Of a stretch of DNA of 64,000 nt, positions 22,080 through 34,939 are shown in pieces. Numbering within the stretch: position 1 is the stretch's first letter; each line of letters opens with the position of its first letter. Origin of the DNA: Hypanus sabinus (taxonomy: Eukaryota); NCBI RefSeq assembly GCF_030144855.1, contig NC_082722.1:27528001-27592000 (forward strand), written 5' to 3'. A program made the translations under genes and the position numbers. Under the pieces are notes generated by a model, which did not search any database, was not told where the DNA came from, and saw only the letters and a list, made by a program, of their open reading frames with translations.

Positions 22080-24163
22080 ATGGAACTGCTAAAAGTCTTC
22101 AGAACGGAGGGAGAGAGGCTGAGGAGGACAGGTAGAATATTGATTACAAGCGAAGAAGACACTAAGGTGCTGGAGAAACAGCCTGTTAGAGAGAGAGGAA
22201 GGTACAGTGAGAAGCTGGCTTCAGCTCCGTACCCGGGTGTGAAAGAAACAGTAAAGTCCCCTTCCTATAATGAGGAAGCAACCCCTAAGCAGTACCCACT
22301 GCTGCCGGGAACTGTAAACATGCAGGAAGAAGTACAAGTTTGGGATAATGAGGAGGAAAAAAGACAATACGAGAAGGAAAAAGCGGCGATATGGAAGGAG
22401 ATACAGGCAGAAAGGATAAAGGTGGAACAGGCAAAGAGAGAAATGAAAGAAGAGATTGAACGGATCAAATACTTGAGAGAGGAAAAGGAGTATGAGGAGT
22501 ATCGGTTATACCATAGAAAAGAACAGACTAGAAAAGAAAGTGGCTCATCAGGGCAGGAAGAGATGAGGCATTCAAGAGGAAGTGGAAAAAAGATAGGAGA
22601 TGAGTCTTGGAGAAACACAAGAGCGAAGGGAATCAATCATGAGTAAGGATCATGTGGAGTCCATGCCACAGGTGTACAGACACGGACAGGAAGAAAGGGA
22701 AGGTGAATCATTGGAGGAGTAAGAGTTAAGTGGAGAGAGAGAGGATGCGAGAATTTGTGGGGAACAGGTAGGAGGCAGAAGCCTAGAAGAGCAGAAGGAG
22801 GTGGTAGGGATGCGACTTGCGGAAGCAGAGAGAGAGATAGATAAGTTACTGAGAGGGGATTGCCAGAGGAGATGCGAAAAATGCTCCAGGGGCCAACCAA
22901 GTATTGAATCAAGATCGAAAGGAAGGACTCCACAGAGAGACCGAGGGAAGAAGAGGACCCTGGAGAAATTTGTGTGGGAGGCAGTAAAGACATACCCTGA
23001 GACAGATGGGGAGTCAGGTGAGGAGGAGTGCCAAGGCAGGTGGGAAGAAAGAGGAAGAATGATGCCATTGTTAGTTAAAGGATCAGGACAAGTACAGTAT
23101 ATCCCTTGGTGTTCCCAAGACCTAGTAGGGCTGAGAAACACTCTGCCCAATCTACATGAAGGAGCAGGGAAATGGATTAGAGCCTTTGAAGAAGAAACGG
23201 CGGGGCAATTATTGGCTATGGCCCTATTGATAAGGTTGATGGGAACCTCCAAATTTAACAAAATACTGGAATTGGCTAGCATAGTAAACTCGATCGACCC
23301 GAGAACTGATGGAGACGGGTTTGACAGAGTGAGGCAGAGGGTATGGCAGGCACACAGGAAACTTTATCCACCCAAAGTGGACCCCAAACCCTTAAAGGGG
23401 GATCTACTGAGAGACCCTGAAAACCCAGCAGCCTACGTAGAAAACCAGTTGAAAAGGTGGAGACTGGAGACTGAGCAAGAGGTGGAAAATAGCTTATTTA
23501 TCACCACTGTTCCGACAGAGCATTTTGGATGCAATACCTCCGCAAGTAAAATCCAAACTGGAGGAACTGGTTGGGCTGACGTCAATGACCCCACAAGAAT
23601 TTAGAGACCACGTAGTCCATGTGGTTGAGAAATACCGGAAAGACAAACAAAGGTTGGCTGAGCAGCAGGAAGAGATGCAAAGAAACTTAACACAAATGCA
23701 GCTCGAAGAACTCAAAAAGAAGGAAAAACGGAAAAGCAGAAAGATGCTGTCAGCAACCACCGGTCCGATTACAGCCATCGAACTGGATGAAGCACCGCTA
23801 TATGGAGGAACCAATCATACTGTAAGACAAGGGCCGTAAAACCCCATACCAATAATCAACATCTTTGGAGCAGCATTCACACAAATGCTCTATCAGGAAC
23901 AGACTAAATTCAAACAGCCCAGACAGGACTGGAAGTCCCAAGGAGGGGGACAGAGGAGCTATGGGCAAAGGGGACCAGTGAGGAAACAGGGGGAAAGAGA
24001 GGTAGAGAGATTGTGCTGGGGATGTAATCAGCCAGGTCACATGAGAAGAGATTGTCCGTTTACACCATGGCCTGTCACACACCAGCAGGAGCCGATAAGA
24101 AGGGAACTAAAGTTTAGCCAAGGACCAGCCCCCACAGGCCCAAGTGGACCTGTGAACCCCTAG
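22080..24163 (+). pseudogene. gag: ERV gag (frameshifted)
   Basis: ORFs 22080-22646, 22801-23604, 23525-23839 and 23885-24163; capsid-like LPNLHEGAGKWIRAFEE and a CCHC zinc knuckle. Confidence 0.8.
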
Positions 24164-24269
24164 GCGAGGTATTAGGGGTGCCCCAAGAACTGAAATGGGC
24201 AGGGGCATTACACAATAATAACAAGGGAGGCAGACAAGGAACCCATTGTTCAGGTTATGTTAGAAGGGC

Positions 24270-27200
24270 AACTGACACCAATGATGATAGATACTGGAGC
24301 CACGTACACTTATGTACAGCCACAGTAGGCCCTTCATCTTCCCATGTCAGGAAAGTTTATTAAGACGGTAGGGTTCTCGAGGAAAACACAGTACACGGCT
24401 CCAGTACAGTTGAGAGTGGGAAATAAAGGAACTGTTTTGCCAGTGTTAGTATCTAAAGGAACTCTGATTAATTTGTTAGGCAGAAATGCCTTATTGAAAC
24501 TGGAATTAAAATTAGAATGCACCAGAAATGGGCTGAGTGTGGAAAGAGCAGGGGCTCAATTGATGGTGCGAGAAGACAAGGCGGCTAATGTCTTTTGGAT
24601 AGGAGACAACGCGGATCAGATTCAAGAAACCTGGGAGAAAATGGAAAAAGGATATGCAGGCTATATTACCCAGGGCGGGAATGCCCAAATCTGAGCTACA
24701 TTGTACAGTGATTTTTGATGAGACTCAGAACAGGGAGTTACAGGAGAGATGGCACCTGGAGGTATGTACCCAACAGCTCCTGGAAGGGGAGGCAGCTTTA
24801 CAAGTTACCCCTTTTAGAAAAATGGTACAGGATACCAGAGGCTGTGCCCAACGTAACATTGTTGGTAAACAAGGGATATCAGTCTAAAGACTTAGGACCC
24901 TTAGTTAAGAGTGCTGAAACCGTAACAGTGTGGAGGAAAATCATGCCAGAGGTGTGGATATCAGAAGACAACAATTGCATTAAAATAATGGTAAGTGTAG
25001 ATATGGTAGGGACAGTGAGAGAGGTTGAAATAACTCCCCAACCACACCTTCCCTTGCTGGGAAAGGAAAGAAGCCAGCAGAAAGATAGAAGGTTAGATGA
25101 GTTGCCGTCTGTTCTGTGGTCACAGCATGACACGGACGTAGGGAAAATAAAAACAGCTAGTCCGGTGGAAATAAGGCTGAAAAGGGGAGCAATTCCACCC
25201 AGGAGACCACAATACCCTCTAAGACCAGAAGCAGAAGAGGGAATAGCATCGATAGTGCAGGTGTTGCTTGAAATAGGAGTGCTTAAAGGAACAAACAGTC
25301 CATGCAATACCCTGTTGCTGCCGGTCTTAAAAGCAGATAAATCTAAGTGGAGATTGGTGCATGATTTGCGAGCGGTAAATGATGTGGTACAGGACTGGCC
25401 AGCGGTAGTCCCCAACCCACCCACGCTTTTGACTAACGTTCCACCAGAAGCAAGTTACTTTTCAGTGATTGATTTGTGTTCGTCTTTCTTCAGCATTCCT
25501 CTAGCCGACCAGTGTCAGTATCTGTTTGCATTTACTGACAGAGGTGCTCAGTATACCTATACCAGAATGCCGCAAGGATTTAAACATTCACCACACGTTT
25601 TTAATCCGGTATTGAAGGCAGACCTAGAGGGCATGCCATTGGAAAGTACATTGTTACAGTATGTGGAATACCTGTTGATTTGCTACCACAGCGAGGAACA
25701 GTTTGAGCAGGACGCTATCTCAGTTAGAGAATCTGGCGCACGGAGGACATAAAGTATCCAAAAAGAAACTGCAATTTTGCATGCAGCAAGTGGAATACTG
25801 AGGCATGGTAATATCCAAGGGAGTGAAGGTGATAACACCAGATCAGATTGAGGCACTAACTAAGGCCCCCAAACCCCAGACTGTAGGGCAGATGATGACG
25901 TTTTTGGGAATGGCAGGGTACAGCTCGGATTGGATAGGAGAATATGCTTAGATTGTGGCACCTTTGAGAAAGGTAGTGAAAGAAGCAGGACATACAAATT
26001 TGAAGAATGGCTTACAGTGGAATGAAGAGGCGGAGATAGCTTTCAATACTATTAAGCAGGAATTGAAGTCAGCACCAGCATTAGCTTTGCCTGACTACGA
26101 GAAGGTTTTTCGTTTGTATGTATCCAACTGACAGGAGAGTTATGTCACGGCGGTTCTAACACAGGAGACAAGCACAGGAAAAACAAAGCAGATGATAGCA
26201 TACTACAGTACGAGACTAGATGAGGTGGCTCAGGGGTATCCACTCTGTTATCAGGGATTGGCGGCACTGTACTATGCATATGAAAAGGCATCATCTGTAT
26301 CTGGGCTATCCTGTGACTCTACACACACCACAAAGTAGCAGAATTGCTGGAAAGAAGGAAATTTGTGCTTACGCCAGCCAGGATAGCAGCTTATCAGATG
26401 CTATTGACATTTCCAGACATGAATATACAGAGATGCACTACCAGTAATATAGCCAATTTTGTCCCTTTGGGCTATGAAGGAGATCCCAATGATTGTGTAG
26501 GGAAGACGATGACATTTGCCAAATTGAGAGCAGATTTACGGTCAGAACCACTAAAGGATGCAGATAAAAGGTTCTGTTCGTAGATGGCTCTTGTTATAGG
26601 GATTATGATGGAAATCATGCAGGGTTCTCAGTAGTGCAGCAGGATCAGTCGAGCTACAAGATTATTGGGATGGAGTCCTGTCCCCAACCGTGTTCCGCCC
26701 AACTAGCGGAAATCAAAGCCCTGACAGCTGCGTGTGAAATAATGTAAGGTGAGAAAGTAGACATCTATACTGATTCGGCTTATGCCCATGGAGTATGCCA
26801 TTTGTTCAGGGCAGTGTGGAAGCAGAGAGGTTTTAAAAAAAAAGTAATGGAGATCCCATACAACATTGTGAGCAAATTCTAGACTTAATAAAAGCCATAA
26901 TGAAACCTAAAGCATTGGTTATAGTAAAATACCAGGCACATAAAAAGGGAAATGATGTAATAACGAAGGGAAATCAAGCTGCAAAAGCTGTCATTGCCCC
27001 CCAGGTAAGCCTAGCTCCAGAACCTGTGGTAGAGGCCCTAATTGAAATACAAGGTAAGGCAACACTGGCAGAACAGACAATGTCGAGACGAAGGGGGGCC
27101 AAGCAGAACCCAGAAGGCTTGTGGAGCATGGAAGACGGTTTGTTGGTAGCGCCCACCCCTCTACTGACAATTCTGATTTCAGAAGCGCATGGGATTGACC

Positions 27201-27295
27201 ATTGTGCAAGGGGGAAAGTGATAAAGAAGGATGGTTTTTGGTCACCTTATTTACAGGCTTCAGTGGACTTCGTCATGTCACAGTGGGCGGTATGA
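24270..27295 (+). pseudogene. pol: ERV pro-pol (protease, 2H-like insert, RT, RNase H, integrase zinc finger; integrase core deleted)
   Basis: MIDTGATYT, LHCTVIF...VPNVTLL, RT motifs in ORF 24715-25752, FVDGSC, YTDSAYA, HGIDH...; many stops and frameshifts. Confidence 0.85.
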
Positions 27296-27309
27296 ACACA
27301 GAATGCAGT

Positions 27310-27593
27310 GTTCGGGCGTCAGTTATTTGACTGGTTATAAAGTAGATTCAGGATGGGGAGCATGGCTGACTAAAATGGCAATAACTGTCAGTATTGTATT
27401 GTTGAGCTGTGCGCTTGTGCTGTGCTGTTTTCTTCCTTGTCTCAAGTCTCTTGTAGTGAGTGCTGCAACCAAACAATTTCCGATGCTCGTGGCAATTACT
27501 GAAGCAAGCTTATTGGAGAAAGAAACACCAAAAATGTATCGTTACAGCCTACAACACCTGCAGGATGAACAAGAGCAAAACAACAGTATGTGA
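27310..27593 (+). pseudogene. env: ERV env C-terminal remnant (membrane anchor plus cytoplasmic tail)
   Basis: GWGAWLTKMAITVSIVLLSCALVLCCFLPCLKSLV..., a W-rich membrane-proximal region plus hydrophobic, Cys-rich anchor just upstream of the PPT and 3' LTR. Confidence 0.65.
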
Positions 27594-27811
27594 GTTGATT
27601 GTAAGGGCTTTGGAGACTTTTTCCCTGTCTCAGGTACAGAGGGACAGGTTTTTGGCTCAGCAGCCCAGGGTAACAGGGAGAGAATACTTTGAGGTCCTGG
27701 CGCAGAAAATTATTGTTTAACCCGAGATTTGGGAATAAGTGCTTGAGTCTATTGGGGCTTTTGAGCGCGGAATCTTAGTCTTCTTTCTCTGGGACTCAAA
27801 GGGGGACTATA

Positions 27812-28226
27812 TATTGGAGTATAGAAGTTGCAACTTGCTATTTGCTAGAGAATGAAATCTGAGGAAAGTAGAAGACAATGGTGTGTTAATGAGAGGTAGC
27901 TAAGAGGTATAGATTAGAACATGATCAAGTCAATGCGTTGAAACAAAAGTGGTGGTAGCTAAGAGGTATAGATTAGAACATGATCAAGTCAATGCGTTGA
28001 AACAAAAGTGGTGGATGTACTTGTGATACGCACCTACCGACCGATTGGATAGCGAACGCAACTAAACCAGGAGATTGCTATAAAAAGTGCTATGTACAAT
28101 GATCGGTGGGCAATCAGCGACTAGCTCAATGACTGTCTCAGCTTTGATTTGCAAATTAAAATTTAATACTTCTTGAAGAATCTTCTGCATCTCCTGGTCG
28201 TCTGTGGGGGATGAGAAACCACGACA
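27812..28226 (+). repeat. ERV 3' LTR (415 bp) with a perfect 59-bp tandem duplication
   Basis: Duplicated unit at 27895-27953 and 27954-28012; the rest aligns with the 5' LTR. Confidence 0.9.
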
Positions 28227-29886
28227 ATGGAAGCAACGTTCCCTCTATTTAATTTTTAACAGCAGCACGAACCAACAATTCCTCCAAGAAGGAAATCTTG
28301 CCATGGCTTGTAAAAGGATTATGTACGGACTGGCTGTTTACTAACAATGATCTGCTGACTTCCATTCTGAGCTTATTGTTAGAATTTCTAACGGTGATGC
28401 AACTTTAAACACTGACAATGTAATACGTTGAAGCTCTAAAATGTTACACAGAAAAGGTTGTTATTTAAAAAACATACGTACTTTATACACCAACACAATT
28501 AATTACAGAGTATTTCATAATTATGTTTACATAGATTTCAAAATTATATCAGCAACAAATGCTCCGTGTGCGGGAGTGCTTCAGTTACCACATGGGGGTC
28601 GCACCTGCGCAGCTGAGAGGGAACAGTGGTACCAAGTGCATACAGACTACATGGATGGGAGGTTGGTTTCCTGATAAACTGAGCTGTGTCCATAACCTTC
28701 TGCATTTCTGCTGTGTTAGGTAACCTCCACTGTCAACAGTTCCGTATTACCATTGGTTCGAGGCTTATGTACAGCTTTGAATCATGGTAAAGTTGAATCT
28801 TGCTTTACAAAAGCTTCATGGTGTGTTCATTACAGATGAGGATTATACCACTCTGGAGAAAACCTCTTCATTTTGAATCATCGATATAGATTTGTCTATA
28901 GACAGATGTAATACTATGATTCTGAAAAAAATGATGCCTCTCATCATCATGCAGAAAGAGTACTCTGTGAATAAACAATGTAATTTCAATCCGCCATCTG
29001 TATGATCCATCCACAAAGTACAAAGATGGCCACTGGGGACTCACTGCCCTCCCACCTGCATTCAGATTTGTAAATATAGTACGGTATCTACATTGAGTTA
29101 CCACGCCAGACGTCCCTATCCTACAAGACAATCAAATACTACCTTCGCAGTCCCCCAGGTAGGAAGAGTTAAAACTTGCCTTATGAGGTAGCAGCTTTAT
29201 TCGCTGTTATTATATTTAGGTTACACACTGCGCTGGAATGAAGTTTTAACAAGTGAGTTCAATACCCGTATTTAACTGTTTCCGTGAGCGTGGCACCACA
29301 ATTCAGCGAATGCTTACAAGATGTTAACATCACTTATTTGTTGTTTCCTTCTTATGTTGCCAACAGGTCACTCAGTTATGTGGCCGCACAAATATATTTA
29401 CTTCACATCATTCTGTGACCTGAACATTTTTCTCCTTTTCCATCTAAGTAACACCAACGTCATTGATAAGATGAACGGTTAAAAGATAGTAAGCATAAAT
29501 TTCAATATGGTATTAATTAAAATGTGCAATATTCATTCATGAATGAGTGCTCCAATAGGCATACATAATGATACATAAATTTACTGTAGCCACTGCTTCT
29601 CAAATTTGCTTTAACATAGAGCGCGTTAAGGAACAATTGCCAGAAGACGATTTGGCAATGTCGTGCACTCACGTGCTTTTCTATCATCTTTATAAAGCTC
29701 TGTTCAATTTTTATGCAGGATATTCGACAGTGCTAGCAAATAATGCTACATGGTTGAAACGATGATGAAATAAGCTGACAATGAATAAGTTATGAAGCAT
29801 ATTTTAGAAAATATCAATAGCACGTCACATTTGCTTACTGAATTGGTCCAATATGTGACTTTGCGATTCAAGAAAATGACAATCGG

Positions 29887-32190
29887 GGCGGGGGGGGGGG
29901 GGACGTCACGTGATGACGTAGGATCGAGACGCTGGAACCCAGCCCTCCCATAAAAAAATCAATAAATTAATGTTTAAGTGAAGAAAAGTTAGTCAATACT
30001 TTCTTAAGTTTACTTATAAACTACTCCGGATTGTTTTAAGCTATGCCTCATAAAACAGAGGATGAAGAAAACTACTACCACAAAGACAGCTCAAGTTGGA
30101 ACAGAATCAAGGCCTACTTCTAACGAAGAACCGCGGACTCAGACACAATGAAACAGAACAGGAAACTGCGGCAGCATCGGCCATATCTAAAGGAAAAGTT
30201 CAACGAGAATTACGCAAACGTAAAGGAACGAGCATGCGCAAAGGAGAGCAACCAGAACTACAAATCACAGCTGCGACTGACACCAAAACTGAAAGTGAAT
30301 CTGAGAGAGAGTCCGATTCTCTGGAAAAATCAGACGAAGATGGAGATGAAAGTTCCTCTGAAAATATAAAAAAGACTTTGAGGCAAATATTGCATAAAGT
30401 AGAAAAATTAAATGCATTAAAAGTAATTAAAAGTAACCAAAAAGTAATTAAAGAAAAAATGATGAATATGGAGACTATGTTTGATAAAATGACAAAGAAA
30501 CAGGAAAAAACGGAAAAGAAAATTACAGATTTGGAAATTAAAATGGAAGGTATGGGTGGAAGAATGAAGAAAATGCAAGATGATAATAATGCCTGGACAT
30601 CAGAAAGAAAACAACTCGTGGAAAAAAATGATAAGCTTGAAAATTTTAGTAAGACACAATAATATTAAAATTGTTAGACTTAAAGAAGATACCGAAGGAG
30701 AAGGCCCAATAATTTTTTTTCAAAAATGGATCCCTGAAAAATTGGAAATGGGAGAAGAAACTTCAATTGAAATTGAAAGGATGCACAGAGCCTTAAGGCC
30801 AAGATCTCAAGATGATCAAAATCCGCGATCAATTTTGATAAGATGTTTAAGATACCAGGATAAAGAAAAGATTCTGAGGGCGCTGCCCAAGGTTCCAAAA
30901 GAAGAAAGGGTCCATTGATGATAGCAGAGAAACCAGTTCTTCTTTATCCTGATATAAGTTATAACCTTTTGAAGAGAAAGAAAAAATTTAATTCAGCTGA
31001 AAAAGTCTTATGGGAAAAAGGTTATAAATTTTTAATGCATCACCCAGCAACACTGCTAATTTTTTTTGGAGAAGGGGAAAAGATTTTTTTCCGATTATCG
31101 AGATGCGGATGTGTTCGCACAAAAACTTCCATCTATTCGCAAATTAAACGTAGAGATTTCTAAACGTAATGGTTAAAGACGAAGACAGAGATAGCGAATG
31201 GAACTGATGGACATTTAAGGATGATACAAGGGAGAAAAGTAAAATTTTAGAAATATTAATTGAGAATTGTATTTTTTTCTTTTCTTATATATATATATTT
31301 TATGTTGCGGGGGGGGGGGGCTGGGGAGCTTTGAATCGGTTACTACGGGATTCACGTGTGTAATCATGGCGTTTGCCATGACCCGTACAATAGAGGGGGG
31401 TAATGTGTGTGTGTGTTTTTTTTTCTTTCACAACATTAGTAGGGAAGTATTTTGTTTTTTCTCTTTACACTCTATTTTTCTTCTATTCTTTTGCCTGGAT
31501 GATTGGTGGGGACACACATAGCAACATGGAGAATTCTAAAAAGATTTCCCAGGATACCACAAAAGTTGAAAGATTAGGCATTATTATAGATTGGAGTAAC
31601 ATAATTAAAAACAATCATAATTTATTGAATTTTTTCAAGTTTTGATGTTAATAGGCTTAATGGACCGGTAAAAAGAAAAAGAATTTTAACATATATTTAA
31701 AAAATGAAAATAGATATAGCTTCTTACAAGAAACTCATTTACCGAACATAGAACATCAGAAATTAAAAAAAGGGAAATCGGATACATATATGTATAGATT
31801 GTTGGAAGACAGAAATTTATGGCTGTATTCCATTAGAAAAAAATACTTATAATTTAAGAGATAAATATGAAATATTTCTGAAAATTTGGTGCCCTTATTT
31901 ACAAAAGACAGGACTAAATATATAGAAGTTCTGAAGATAAAATAATTGGTTACTTGGGGAATGAAATATAAATATATATATACTAAAGTTATTAGGAACT
32001 CCATGGAGCATGTGGAGATCTTCCAACAACCAGGCACTCTTTTTTTTTCTTTCGTTTTTTCTTTCTCTTTTTTTCCTATAGGGAAGTTAGGGGGAGGGGT
32101 TAAGGGGAGGGGGGAAGGGTTATATACATTTTTTCCATACTTTACTCTGTAATCACTTAAAAACGCAATAAACAAGTTTTCAAAAAAAAA
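29887..32190 (+). mobile_element. L1-clade LINE with 5' UTR, ORF1 and an internally deleted ORF2, 17-bp TSD
   Basis: ORF1p motifs (NNIKIVRLKE, IEIERMHRAL, PRSILIRCLRYQDKEKIL); about 50 codons of APE joined at about 31774 to the ORF2 C-terminus; poly-A; TSD aagaaaatgacaatcgg at 29870-29886 and 32191-32207; empty site in the paralog at about 45228. Confidence 0.92.
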
Positions 32191-33398
32191 AAGAAAATGA
32201 CAATCGGTTGTTTGTTCGTTTTATTCATGGGTAGATGGTAAACGAAAGAGAGATAGGAATAGACAGATATTGTTAATTAATAATAAGACATTACATTTGG
32301 AACTTTTACTGGAATGTAAAAGTGAAAGCATTATTTACAAGTGGAAAGGTCGAGGGGATTTGAGCTGCAATGTGACCTGGTTGGACGAAGCCAATGAATG
32401 ATTCGCGATGGCAAACCTACACCAGTCCTCCAACATTCAGACAAATTTTCAAGCAGCAAACGGGCTGTAGGGGTCACGGGTCGGTGGGAAAACGAGGATG
32501 CAGATCAAGCCAATCAACCATAAAGCCATAAGATATAAGAGGAGATTGTGGATATTTTGCCGATGGGGTTTGCTCCACCATTTCTTGCTGAGACCATAAG
32601 AGCACAAGATGTAATAGTAGAAGTAGGCTATTCGGCCCATCGAGTCTGCTAGGCCATTGAATCATGGGCTGACCCAATTCTTTTGGTCATGCCCACTCCA
32701 GTGCCTTCACCCATACCCTTTCATGCCCTGCATAATCAAGATCCTATCTATCTCTCCCTTGAGTAAACCCAATGATTTGCCTTCCACAGACACTCATGGC
32801 AACAATTTCCACAGATTTACCACCCTCTGACAAAAGTAATTTCTCCACATCTCAGTTCTAAATGGCCATCCTTCAATCCTGAAATTATGCCCTCTTTTCC
32901 TAGAATCCCTACCATGGAAAATAACTTTCCCATATCTAATCTGACCAGGCCTTTTAACATTCGGAATGTGCCTGTGCGATCCCCCCTCATCCTCCTGAAC
33001 TCCGGGGAATTCAGCCCAAGAGCTACCAGAAGTTCCTCATACGGTAACCCTTTCAATGGTGAAATCATTTTTTTTATAAATATCCTCTAAACACTCTCCA
33101 ATGTCAGTATATCATTTCAAATATATGGAGCCCGAAACTGCACACAATACTCCAAGTGTGGTCTCACGAGTGCCTTATAGAGTCTCAACATCACATCGCT
33201 GTTCTTATATTCTATTCAACTAGAAATGAATGCCAACATTGCATTCGCCTTCTTCACAACAGACTCAACCTGCAGGTTATCCTTTCAGGTACGTTGCACA
33301 GGAACTCCCAAGTCCCTTTCCATTTCTGCATCTTGAATTCTCTCCCCATCTAAATAATAATCTCCCCGTGTATTTCTTCCACCAAACTGCATGATCAT

Positions 33399-34243
33399 TG
33401 TTACGACCCAGCAACAATTAATATATGATTGAGACAGGTTTTTGTATGACAAGAAAAACATTTATTAAACACTGCAAAAAAAAAAGTAAACAAACGACTA
33501 ACTTAACCGGAAGTCAGCTTCTGTACGGCAGCTCGAACAGTCCTTAAAGCGAGAAATGCGATCTCAGTTCTTTAAAATAGTATTGCAAAAAGCCCAAAAC
33601 GATTTACAGTCAGTTAAAGGAAAGTCTTTCCTTTAATTAAATACTCTTTCGTGAGGTTACTGCTGATCCTGATCGAAATATACTATGACGAGGGACTTAC
33701 GATTGAAGTAAATAAAATGGCTTAAAGGCACTGAGCTTTCCTTGGCGAAACTCTGCATCCAACTCTTTCTGCTCTTTTAGCAAAGCAGGAGTTAACACGA
33801 ACACAAGTTACTAATTCCTCGTACGAATATTAAATAAAGGTCGAATCTGCTTCACAGCCGACATCAACTTTCCTCGATCTTTCAGCTTCCCGAACTTCGA
33901 CGAATCTCCACTCTCCGACTGGATTTTAACTGGCAGTATTGTCGCAAAACTATCGGCAATAACCTTGAAACCTCAGGCAGGAAGTAACTCTCCATTTTAA
34001 AATAAACCTGCGTCATGACGTCAAATACATAGAAACACTAGCGAATTCAACCACAAACTGCCCCACCTCACAGAGAGGGAGTCTCCTTTTATACCCTGTT
34101 GGAAATACGGTCTCATGAACGCCCACTGATGGGAAAATGACGTCACTCCCCTATCACAGGACCATTACCTCATGCCCAGCATAGCCTTAGTTACATCATG
34201 GTCATGTGACAGGCACAAGCTACATACCCACGGGTACGTAACA
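33399..34243 (-). mobile_element. Solo LTR (845 bp) inserted in the CR1
   Basis: tgttacg...cgtaaca inverted termini; CR1 sequence resumes on both sides; TATA-like and AATAAA on the minus strand; TSD imperfect (tcat/tcgg). Confidence 0.75.
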
Positions 34244-34939
34244 TCGGACACTTTCCAACATTATACTGTATTACTTTTGCCACTTCTTTGCCTATTTCCC
34301 TAAACTATTTAAGTCTCTCAGCAGGCTCTCCTTTTCCACAACACTATCCGCTCCTCCACCTATCTTTGTATCATCGGCAAATATAATCACAAACCCATTA
34401 ATACTGTAGTCCAACTCATTGACAATCATCGTAAAAATCAGCAGTCCCAATACAGACCCCTGTGGAACTCCACTGGTAACCGGCAGCCAGCCAGAAGTGC
34501 ATCCCTTTATTTCCAGTTGCTGTTTTCTGCCGAGCAGCCAATGCTCCACCCATGCTAGAAACTTGGCTGTATTCCATGGGCTCTTATCTTGCTAAGCAGT
34601 TTCTTGTGCGGCACCTTGTCAAAGGGCTTCTGAAAATCCAAGTACAGCACATCTACCACATCTCTTTTCTCTACCCTGCTTGCAATTTCCTGAAATAGTC
34701 GCAGTATGTTAGCCAGGCAGGATTTTCCTTTCAGGAAACCATTCTGGCTTTGGTCTATCTTGCAATGTGCCTCCAGCTACTCAGCAATCTCTTCCCTAAC
34801 AATCGATTCTAATGATTTCCCAACGACTGATGTCAGGCTAACAGGTCCATAGTTTCCTTTCTGCTGCCTTATCACCCTTCTTAAACAGCGGAGCAGCATT
34901 TGGAATTTTCCTGTCATCTGGTACAAAGATGTTGTACCA

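Larger units (their letters stand above)
16739..28226 (+). mobile_element. Defective endogenous retrovirus (epsilon/fish class-I-like): LTR-PBS-gag-pro-pol-(deletion)-env tail-PPT-LTR
   Basis: LTRs at 16739-17094 and 27812-28226; CCHC knuckle CWGCNQPGHMRRDC, protease DTGA, RT (WRLVHDLRAVN, RMPQGF, YVEY for YVDD), RNase H VDGS, integrase HH-CC remnant, env TM-like ORF, PPT aaagggggac. Confidence 0.9.

Noticed and set aside
22650-23282. 210-aa antisense ORF in ERV gag (and similar antisense ORFs in CR1 and BEL)
   Set aside because: Low-complexity shadow frames of purine-rich coding strands.
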